Shown: positions 11,090 through 20,645 of the stretch, one piece after another
Layout: every line of letters starts with the position of its first letter
Numbering within the stretch: position 1 is the first letter of the stretch
Source: Squalus acanthias
Lineage: Eukaryota
Direction of reading: 5' to 3'
NCBI GenBank assembly: GCA_030390025.1
Contig: CM059432.1
Location: forward strand, 101,930,001-101,994,000
DNA: 64,000 nt
Translations under genes and position numbers: made by a program
The notes under the pieces: model-generated
What the model saw: only the letters and a program-made list of their open reading frames with translations
Databases searched by the model: none
Told to the model about the DNA's origin: nothing

Positions 11090-13090
11090 GTGCTACAACC
11101 GAGGAAGAAAGAGTCAAATTGGACCCCTCCGGAGGGTCGCAGCCCTAAACTTGACATGTATGCTCAAGCTGTCAGGAAATGCATCAACGCCAGATTCATC
11201 AGCCGTACTCACAAGACAGTCCAGAATGTCACCCGAGCACAACGCAACGCCATCCACGCTCTCAAGACCAACCGCAACATCGTCATCAAACCAGCGGACA
11301 AAGGAGGAGCCATCGTCATACAGAACAGAATGGACTATTGCAAAGAAGCATACCGACAACTGGACAACCAGGAACAGTACAGACAGCTACCCGCAGATCC
11401 GACCAAAGAACACACCCGCCAACTCAATAGACTGATCAAGACCTTCGATCCAGACCTTCAAAACATCCTACGCGCTCTCATCCCACGTACTCCCCGCGTA
11501 GGAGACTTTTACTGCCTCCCAAAGATACACAAAGCCAACACACCCGGACGTCCTATCGTATCAGGCAACGGAACCCTGTGTGAGAACCTCTCTGGGTACG
11601 TCGAGGGCATCCTGAAACCCATCGTACAGGGAACCCCCAGCTTCTGTCGCGACACTACAGACTTCTTGCAGAAACTCAGCACCCATGGACCAGTTGAACC
11701 AGGAACACTCCTCGTCACGATGGACGTATCGGCACTCTACACCAATATCCCCCACAATGACGGCATCGCTGCGACAGCCTCAATACTCAACACCAACAAC
11801 AGCCAATCTCCGGACGCCATCCTACAACTCATCCGCTTCATCCTTGACCACAATGTCTTCACCTTCGACAACCATTTTTTTACCCAAACACACGGAACAG
11901 CCATGGGGACAAAATTCGCACCCCAATACGCCAACATCTTCATGCACAAGTTCGAGCAAGACTTCTTCGCTGCACAGGACCTCCAACCAACGCTGTACAC
12001 CAGATACATCGACGACATCTTCTTCCTTTGGACCCACGGCGAAGGATCACTGAAAGGACTACACGATAGCATCAACAGGTTCCATCCCACCATCAAACTC
12101 ACCATGGACTACTCCTCAGAATCGGTTTCATTCTTGGACACACGAATCTCCATCAAAGACGGACGCCTCAGCACTTCACTCTACCGCAAGCCCACGGACA
12201 ACCTCACGATGCTCCACTTCTCCAGCTTCCACCCTAACCACGTTAAAGAAGCCATCCTCTATGGACAAGCCCTGCGAATACACAGGATCTGCTCAGACGA
12301 GGAGGAACGCGATGGACACCTACGGACACTGAAAGACGCCCTCGTAAGAACGGGATATGACGCTCGACTCGTCGATCGACAGTTCCGACGGGCCACAGCG
12401 AAAAACCGCATAGACCTCCTCAGAAGACGAACACGGGACACAACCAACAGAGTACCCTACGTCGTCCAGTACTTCCCCGGAGCGGAAAAACTACGCCATG
12501 TTCTTCGCAGCCTTCAACATGTCATCGATGACGACGAACACCTTGCTAAGGCCATCCCCACGCCTCCACTACTCGCCTTCAAGCAGCCGCCTAACCTCAA
12601 AAGTACCATCGTTCGCAGCAGATTACCCATCTTTCAGGAGAACAGCAACCACGACACCACACAACCCTGCCACGGCAACCTCTGCAAGACATGCCAGATC
12701 ATGGACACAGATACCATCATCACACGTGAGGACACTACCCACCAGGTACATGGTACATACTCATGTGACTCGGCCAACGTGGTCTACCTGATATGTTGCA
12801 GTAAAGGATGCCCCAGAGCATGGTACATCGGCGAGACCATGCAGACACTGAGACAACGTATGAACGGACACCGCGCAACAATCGCCAGGCAGGAGGGTTG
12901 CCTCCCAGTCGGGGAACACTTCAGCAGTCAGGGGCATTCAGCCTCGGATCTGCGGGTAAGCGTTCTCCAAGGCGGCCTTCGGGATACACGACAGCGCAAA
13001 ATCATAGAGCAGAAACTGATAGCCAAGTTCCGCACTCATGAGGATGGCCTCAATCACGATATCGGGTTCATGTCACGATACAGAACGTGA
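11090..13090 (+). CDS. PLE reverse transcriptase plus GIY-YIG endonuclease (666 codons uninterrupted; native N-terminus missing)
   Basis: IKPADKGG, FYCLPKIHK, TMDVSALYTNI, GTAMGTKFAPQYANIFM, YTRYIDDIF, PCHGNLCKTC, NVVYLICCSKGCPRAWYIGET. Confidence 0.93.
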   Translation: MLQPRKKESNWTPPEGRSPKLDMYAQAVRKCINARFISRTHKTVQNVTRAQRNAIHALKTNRNIVIKPADKGGAIVIQNRMDYCKEAYRQLDNQEQYRQLPADPTKEHTRQLNRLIKTFDPDLQNILRALIPRTPRVGDFYCLPKIHKANTPGRPIVSGNGTLCENLSGYVEGILKPIVQGTPSFCRDTTDFLQKLSTHGPVEPGTLLVTMDVSALYTNIPHNDGIAATASILNTNNSQSPDAILQLIRFILDHNVFTFDNHFFTQTHGTAMGTKFAPQYANIFMHKFEQDFFAAQDLQPTLYTRYIDDIFFLWTHGEGSLKGLHDSINRFHPTIKLTMDYSSESVSFLDTRISIKDGRLSTSLYRKPTDNLTMLHFSSFHPNHVKEAILYGQALRIHRICSDEEERDGHLRTLKDALVRTGYDARLVDRQFRRATAKNRIDLLRRRTRDTTNRVPYVVQYFPGAEKLRHVLRSLQHVIDDDEHLAKAIPTPPLLAFKQPPNLKSTIVRSRLPIFQENSNHDTTQPCHGNLCKTCQIMDTDTIITREDTTHQVHGTYSCDSANVVYLICCSKGCPRAWYIGETMQTLRQRMNGHRATIARQEGCLPVGEHFSSQGHSASDLRVSVLQGGLRDTRQRKIIEQKLIAKFRTHEDGLNHDIGFMSRYRT

Positions 13091-13321
13091 CTTGACATCA
13101 TGGCCGGTCTTTCCAGGTTTTTTAAAAAAAAAACTAACACAAGAACCTAACACAAATGGAGAGGATATGCAGCCAGCAGGTGTTTTGACACGTTGGACCC
13201 CCTGGGACACATCTCATTGTCTTGGCTGTGCTCTTAGTGTGTCTTTGATGTAGGGAAAGATTTGAATACATTTTTTCTGTGTTTATATTGTGAATTCTGG
13301 GAGATTCTCTCACAGCTACCC

Positions 13322-13357
13322 TACCTGAAGAAGGAGCGACAGCTCCGAAAGCTTGTA
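13322..13357 (+). ncRNA. Minimal type I hammerhead ribozyme motif (PLE-associated)
   Basis: TAC-CTGAAGA-A-GGAGC/gaca/GCTCC-GAA-AGCT-T-GTA; intact core, perfect stem II, palindromic helix III. Confidence 0.85.
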
Positions 13358-13772
13358 ATTTTAAATAAATCTGTTGGACTATAACCTGGTGTTGTGCGAC
13401 TTCTCATTTTCATAGAATGGGATCACCTACAAATCTGGTTAAGTTGCCTTGTGTTTTGGGATCCAAGTAATTGGTGTAGTTTAAAGACAATAGGGGTCTC
13501 AACAACATCAACCACCCGAGTACCCCACTCAGCACTTCCCTCTCGTCCAACACCTTCTCTAACGAGTACCCTATGTTTTCTATATTTCAGCCAATTTCTT
13601 ATCCATTCACAAAATTCACCCTGAATCCCCATCACTTTAAGTTAACTAGTAACCTTTTGTGTGTAACTTCGTCAAATCCCTTTTGGAAGTCTTCAGACAC
13701 CGCATTGTTGGGTTATCCACATTACTTGGGAAGTTATTTTCAGAAAAAACTTTAAAAGGTTGATCAGACCTA

Positions 13773-14455
13773 TGGCCAAAATTTTGACTTTTAGTAGTGT
13801 GGGTGGCGGGGCGGTAGAGAGCAGGAAACCCGGAAGTCCAGTTTCCCAACATGCTGTGGAGTTAACTCCACAGTGTGTGCGTGATGTCACGGACAGGTTC
13901 CCCGCCCGGAAGTCAGCCTGATTGAAAAGCTGGCTTGCAGTTGGGCGGGGAACGCTGGACAAGAGGCCCGAACCCCAGGTAGGTGCGAGCCGCGACCAGG
14001 TGGGGGCGGTCTGATCCCGGGGGGAAGGTCCTATCCCCAGCTCCGGGGTGGGGGGGAGGTCCGTCTCCAAGAGGGTCCTGACATAAGAAAACTACTAGGC
14101 ACTTGGTCTAAGCGTTAAACAAAGCTTTAATCAACTGTTTTCCAACATGGAGATCTAGTTGTGGCCTTCACTAGTTCCTGTTAAAGAATGTCCTGAGCAA
14201 GTTGGGCCCATGCCCGAGTATTTATACTCTCCCTGGACAGCGCCACCAGCAAGCCACCCAGTATTATTTCATAAGTCATTTCCACATGAATGACAAGATT
14301 CATGTCAGGTCTGATCCCCGGCCCTGGTGGGGAGGCATGATCCTCGATTCCAGCGGGGTGATCTGATGCTGAAGTGGGAGTCCGATCAGATTTTTAACAC
14401 TTTAACCTCCCACCTGACTCCAACCCACCCATTTTTGGGGTTAAAATTCCCCCCT
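13773..14455. mobile_element. Harbinger-type MITE interrupting old CR1
   Basis: Ends GGCCAAAATTTTGAC / GTTAAAATTCCCCC; GC-rich body. Confidence 0.65.
14079..14307 (-). mobile_element. Small solo LTR (229 bp)
   Basis: TGACAT..ATGTCA termini, 5-bp TSD GGTCC/GGTCT, minus-strand TATAAATA followed by ATTAAA. Confidence 0.75.
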
Positions 14456-14459
14456 CATG

Positions 14460-14800
14460 TTGATTAGGTTATCATAAAGGTAATCCTCAAGTTTACTTCT
14501 GATAATAGACTTATTATACTCAATATTGAAATAAGACTCATGAGTTTATAAATGGCTGTATCATATTTGTCACCCTTTTTGAAAACAGGCACCATCTTAG
14601 CCTGTTTCCAATCTACCGGTATGCCCCCACCACCACCAGCCCACCTCCCCCCAGTATTGATTGACTCCCTCAAAAATGACCATCAGTGCTTCACAAATCT
14701 GCTCCCTTGGTTCTCTCAGTACTCTCAGAGAAGTAACCTATTCCTGGAGATGTATTTCTTTTGAGTCCTTTTAGTCTGTCTGGGCTTCCAACTGATTCAT
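14460..14800 (-). mobile_element. Old CR1 RT fragment
   Basis: IPVDWKQAKMVPVFKKGDKYD..YKLMSLIS. Confidence 0.7.
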
Positions 14801-15139
14801 GTTCAAGTTAGTTCCATTTGAATTATCGCTACTGAAGGAGAGCATGTTGCTCATTATTTCCTCCGAGTATTCAGTAGGGAAGGAATCATTTATTATATTA
14901 ATTATCTAGTGCCCGTCCTCAGATCCTGCTTTGTTTACATCTCTTCACCTACCTTCTTACTGTTGCACTACTAAAAGACTAACTCCAGTTATAGTTTTTT
15001 CAAGTCTTTCTTCTTATTTTATTCTGATCAATTTGTTAATTCGTTTAGCACTGTCCTTGTTTAGAATACTCTTACTGATCCCAGTTACGTATTTATCCTA
15101 TAGAATCAACATTATGTTTATTTTTTTAATTTGCTTCAC

Positions 15140-16225
15140 AGGGACTGTTCAGTGGTCACTCCTGCCAATGCTACTATGGACAGACTTGTCTTAAACAGAT
15201 AGGTCGATAACAATGATGCCAAGTAGCTTACTCCCTCATCTTAGTTCCCTCACCACCTGATGCAGGCCCAGTCTGGTAGCTATGTCCTTCACGACTTGGC
15301 CAGCTCCGTCAGTGGTGGTACTTCCAAGTTACTCTTTGTAGTGGGCACTGAAGTCTCCCGCCCAGACTACATTCTGTACACTTGCTTCCCTCACTGCTTC
15401 CTCCAAGTTGTTTCAACATGGAGGAGTACTGATTCATCAGTTGCAGGGGTGGTAGCTGATAATTATCAGTTGTTTTCAAGGGACTGGAGTTCATGTTGAG
15501 GACTCCCAGGACCAAGCCCACATGAATGTATACCACTGTGCCTCCACCTCTGGTGCATCTATCCTAATGGTGGGACAGGACATACACATGGATGGTAATA
15601 GATGAGTGTGGGATGTTGAGCGATACATATGACAGTGAGTACAACTATGTCAGCTGTTGCTTGACTAGTCTGTGGGACAGCTCTCCAACTTGGGCATCAG
15701 TCCTAACCTGTCAGTGAAGTGGACTTTGCAGGCTTAATTGGGCTAAGAAGGGAGGAGAAATTGAGTCACGCCCCCTTTGGGGCGCTAACTTCGCCGGGGC
15801 ACCTCCGTGGCCGAAATTGAGTGGTAGCACCCCAAGAGGGAAGCGGGGCGGTAAGTCAGGGGGCGCTACCGAAGATTGTGGCCGGGGTGCGAGCGGGGCG
15901 CTGCGCACGGCGATGACGTCATTGCTGGCGGCACAACGCCGCAGGGCGTTAACGGTTACCGCTGTCACTAACCTCCCACTGAATTTCGCGGGAGGCGTTG
16001 GCGGCGCCGCGCCTGGGCGCCAGTTGCTTTGTGCCCCGTTAGCGCCCTCTTAGGGTGCTAATGGGAGGCACAAAACAAACAAATTTTTCCCCCCTTGACT
16101 TTTGTCCTGATCCAAATCTAGGATCATTGCTGATAGGTCTGTCGAATATTTCTTTAATGAGTGATCATTTACAACTGAGTGCTTTGCTAAGCCATTTCCG
16201 AGAGCATTAAGAATCAACCATATAT
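15140..16225 (-). mobile_element. CR1-group LINE 5' part (AP endonuclease and leader), interrupted by a MITE
   Basis: Colinear with 28720-29500, including the ACAACTGA..GCTAAGCCAT..TTAAGA.TCAACCA leader block. Confidence 0.7.
15751..16094. mobile_element. Harbinger-type MITE, internally deleted relative of 2941-3667 (inverted)
   Basis: Ends GGAGGAGAAATT / AAATTTTTCCCCCC; the right part is the reverse complement of 2941-3150. Confidence 0.8.
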
Positions 16226-16428
16226 CTCTTCAAAAGATTTCCACGTGTCCTCTGTGGAAGTGTTATTGAACATGTCTACTTCCGCCCGATCAATTTTCTT
16301 AGTGGTTGCGTCATTTGCTTGAAGTTAGCCATTTTAAAATTATAAACCTGGCTCCTGGTTCTAGGTATTTCTGAATCCCAGATCATGTTGAAATTGATAA
16401 TTCTGTCATCGCTATTCATAACTTCCAT

Positions 16429-16620
16429 AGCATCCCCATCATGCGACTGTGGAGCTCCTAATCAGACCCTGGAGCACATCATTGAACACTGCCCTCAGAG
16501 GAAGTTCAGAGGCAGCCTACAAGATATCCACACTGTTACAACAGAAGCTTTGGCCTGGACATCAGACTTAGATATTGACATTTGATTTGCTTTGCTATTA
16601 CCATATGAAAGAAGAAGACG
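16429..16620 (+). mobile_element. Vingi/Ingi-like LINE 3' end
   Basis: SPSCDCGAPNQTLEHIIEHCP CCHC knuckle, GAA-repeat tail, 8-bp TSD ACTTCCAT (16421-16428 and 16621-16628). Confidence 0.7.
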
Positions 16621-16629
16621 ACTTCCATT

Positions 16630-17500
16630 TGCTATTTGTTGTCTAGGTCATTTACCATTACCAGGCCAAGATGTGCATTGCTTCTCATAACTTATCTAAT
16701 CCACCTTGTCATGAAGCATCATACCAAGACTGACTCAAAACCACTTGAACATTCCCAAGTTATATTTTGTTGATTGAAGACCCTTGTTAAAATAACCTTA
16801 CTGTTTTCACATACCTTTCCTATCACTTCAGAGAGAAAACTGGCTTCTTACTCTGACCTAGTAGTCTTTAGCATGTCCTTTTCATACTAATGATAACTAA
16901 CCAGAGTAGTTCCTTGTGTAACTTTCCACCTCCGACAGAATCAATTTCTTTAACCTCCAGGTGTCCCCAACATATTGGGCTACACCACCGTTTTTTCCTG
17001 TCTACCCTATCTTTCCTGAACATTCTATATCCTTATTTGTTGTACTAATTACTGTATCATCTTTTGGGATCAGCTATGTTTCTGATATTCCTACTACATC
17101 ATCGTTCCTTATTGCCATGCTCAGGCATTTTTGTAAATGTTTACAAATGTACCTCCTTTCTTGGTCCCCAGTGTCTGCCTGTTCCTGGTATCTGGTTCCT
17201 GAATGTTTTTTGAGCTGCTGCGTTCAAACCCATCAATTCTCACAATCTATCTAGTTTAAATAATTCTCCATAGTCACCTCAATGTTGCTTGTGTTGTTCC
17301 TGTTTTGTTTCGGCAGAACTCATCTCACCTTTTTCCTTCTCAAATTGTGACCAGTTACTTATGAAAGTAATATCATTTTTTTCTCTCAAAAATGCAATAA
17401 GACCAGGTTGTCCACAGTCACTCATTTTATTTCATGTCTTCATCATAGATGTATTAGATAGCATCATTAGAGGTAGCCTTCATGTCTATTATAGTTATTT
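16630..17500 (-). mobile_element. Old CR1 endonuclease/ORF1 remnant
   Basis: Minus strand reads DVVGISET and YRMFRKDRVDRKNGGVA. Confidence 0.6.
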
Positions 17501-17999
17501 CTGAAAGAATGGCCATGCTTATTTTTTTAATGTTATTGGTGAACTCACCATCATTTTTAGCTTCAAAAGCAGAATTACAATAGACTTTAAATTTCTAGAA
17601 AACATGCCTGATTTCTGCCAGGCGGGCAGGATTAAAGAGTCTAATAGAGAGTAATGATGAGGGCCAGTTTGTGCCAATTGTATACTTTAATAAGACTCTT
17701 CTCTTATATTTTTGTTGCTTCATAAAAAAGTTGCAATTTTACAGAGACACAAATCTGAATAAGAGCAGATTAGTAGAACTAAAAACTGTTGGTTAGGCTG
17801 TTATTGGTCTTTGTTTCATTGATTCAATAAAAGGAACACTACAGTTAAGTAGTCCTAATATAATAATTTTTGCACACACTCACATACAAATAAAGGCCAG
17901 ACACTGAAATAAGCAGTCAAGTAAAGATAGAGAGAAAACTGACTCTAATTTGATACTTTGGACAATTTACAATAATGCATCACAGTGAGAAAGAATTGT

Positions 18000-18187
18000 G
18001 GCTGGGATTTTCCGCTTTCACGCTCCTGGCACATGTTTGAAGCACATATCAGGATATTCCACAGCTCCAAGCTATTATTTTCTAACCACTGATTTTCACA
18101 GTTGGAAAATCACAGTCTGAGTCTGCCGACTGACCCAATATCTGATCCAGACATGTGCCAGGAGTGTGAAAGCAGAAAATCCCAGCC
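18000..18187. mobile_element. Short fold-back MITE
   Basis: ~38-bp imperfect TIRs GGCTGGGATTTTCCGCTTTCAC.. / ..GTGAAAGCAGAAAATCCCAGCC, TSD TGT. Confidence 0.85.
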
Positions 18188-18776
18188 TGTATCCGTCTAG
18201 CAACCTCGAGAGAGTGAGCAAGTATGATTCATTAGCTATTCCATAATTTTAACATTATTCTGATTATTTGTCTGGTTATTTAGTCCAAGCCACCTGTGAG
18301 ATACAATTTCTATGCTTTACAAAATCAAAGCTTCCTTCAAATCATTATTCCGATTAGTGTAAGGGCAAACTCTTCCCTGAGTTGAACAATCTGCTTTTAC
18401 ACTTGCAAGAAGAAAATGAAAACATGGGTGTATGTTATATTGACATTGATCTGCAATGATATCGTAACTTGAATACTATTAAAGGAATGAAAGCAATAAC
18501 TAGAAGTCAATAAAATGTTAACAGAAAAATGGCCCAATAAATAAATGAACCACCAGAGTTTGGGAGAGAATACTAATGAAGGTCAATTTGTGCCACTGTG
18601 TGTGTGTTTTTAAGAGAACTGTTCTTTAATATTTTATTGTTCTTTGGAAGAGTTGTAACTTTAGAGAGATAAACATTTAATTAGTAGAAAAAAGACATGT
18701 GTGTGAATACTTGAACTTTGAACAATTTCTCACTGTTTCAATAAATAGTCCAAATGAGTGATTTCCCAATTTCGCA

Positions 18777-20000
18777 TGTAGGAACACTGGGATCGATACC
18801 CTGACAAGAATATTTATCAAGGGCACCGGACAAACACTTAACCCCTTAACTTCTCATCAAGGAACACTCTGGAGTTTACCACCCAGTTTATGCCTAGGAG
18901 TTAATAATACCCAGATTTGGCTTGTCAAACTGTCTGACATCAACCAGTTAGGATAATATGAGTATTTACACGACCAACCTCCCTTCAGAATCTGCACAAG
19001 CTACTGAATAAATAAATTAACCCTTTCTTGCCAATTATCAAAGAAATAAATTAGAGAATAAAGTTATGAATTAACAATTGTTTATTAACTTTAGAATTAT
19101 TGTTAGCAACACTTTAACTTAAAAACTGAGAATGCAAATAATTGGTAGATAAGGTTAATTGATAAAATAAATAATAGATGTTATAAAGGTAACCCAGTTA
19201 TAACACAGTAAATCAGCATTAACTGCTTGCTGCTTATACATTTACAGCGGAGAGCAGTGTCTGAGATTGATATACATTGGTAAGAGTATCATTAGACTCC
19301 TTAGATAGCTGACTAGTTAACAGTATTAGATAACTGGATAGATTGAAGTCTATATACTTGTAGTTAGCAATATTTCCAGAATTTATAGACCCTCATCATT
19401 ATAAGTGGCATGGATGAATTGGTTTCCTCATCTTCCTCTGGGAGGGTGGTGTTAGCCTTCTAAAGTGTCAGAGTGATGAACTTCTATCTGTAGTGGCACT
19501 ATCCATTCCTTTTGTTCCTAGGTGACTCTTAACTGCCCTTTAAAGTGGCTTAGCAAGCCATTTAGTTGCATAAAACTGCTGCAGTGGTCCAAGAAGAAGG
19601 CAGCCCACCACCACCTTCTCAGGCCAACTAGGGATGGGTAATAAATGCCAGCCTTGCCAGCAATACCTACAACCCGATAATGACTTAAAAAAGGTAAATT
19701 CATCAGCTGTATCTGGACCAGCTGACTTAAATCTCACCTCCCCTTATCTCAGATAAATCTTGCTGTATCTGCCTGATATAGCCGTACAATCTTGACTCTT
19801 ATAACCTTTCTCTCTCTCTCTCTCTCTCTGTGGAGTTACACATTAAAGTTTATTTTTGGGACACACCTTTCTACATATTCTAGACACAGAACTACTACAC
19901 CTTCCACTACAGAGACTACTACACAAATTATTAAAAGAACTAGAATTAAACTAAGCACTAAGACTGAGAACTAAAGACTGAGCTTTTGAACCCTAAACTT
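18777..20000 (-). mobile_element. Possible LTR-like element (other end not defined)
   Basis: TGTAGG left edge, minus-strand AATAAA near 19080, (CT)n tract and short internal repeats. Confidence 0.35.
19521..19692 (+). mobile_element. SINE-like internal-deletion derivative of the CR1-group LINE
   Basis: Leader block GACTCTTAACTGCCC..AGCAAGCCATTTAGTTG joined directly to the LINE 3' tail. Confidence 0.7.
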
Positions 20001-20186
20001 AACTCGGAGTGGGAATCAGGCGGGCAGCGGCTGAGACAAGCGAATGCCAACCCCTGCCACCAACCCTGACCTCAGCCTGTGAGATTTTAACTTCCGGGCC
20101 TCATCTGCATGCCCCGGTCAGTTAGCTTCTCAGGTCTTTGCTAAAAAAGGAGATGCACACAGCTCCAGATAAGACAGGACATGTGT

Positions 20187-20645
20187 AAGAAAGAAAGAAA
20201 CACTTGCATTTCTATAGCGCCTTTCACGACCACCGGACGACCCAAAGCGCTTTACAGCCAATGAAGTACTTTTTCAAGTTGTAATGTGGGAAACGCGGCA
20301 GCCAATTTGCGCACAGCTCCCACAAACAGCAATGTGACAATGACCAGATAATCTGTTTTAATGATGTTGATTGAGGGATAAATATTGGCCAGGACACTGG
20401 GGATAACTCCCCTGCTCTTCTTCGAAATAGTGCCATGGAATCTTTTACGTCCACCTGAGTGGGCAGACGGGACCTCGGTTTAACGTATCATCTGAAAGAC
20501 GGCACCTCCGACGGTGCAGCACTCCCTCAGCACTGCACTGGAGTGTCAGCCTAGTTTTTTTTGTGCTCAAAATCTCTGGAGTGGGACTTGAACCCACATC
20601 TTCTGACTCAGAGGTGAGAGTGCTACCCACTTAGCCACAGCTGAC
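20187..20645 (-). mobile_element. SacSINE1-like Deu-domain tRNA SINE, full length
   Basis: tRNA-like head, Deu domain (GCCGTCTTTC.GATGA..AGGTGGACGTAAAAGAT), (TTTC)n tail. Confidence 0.9.

Larger units (their letters stand above)
11007..13410 (+). mobile_element. Penelope-like retroelement (Neptune-like), 5'-truncated, inserted in old CR1 sequence
   Basis: RT plus GIY-YIG ORF, then a 3' region with a hammerhead motif and AATAAA; flanks are decayed minus-strand CR1. Confidence 0.93.
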
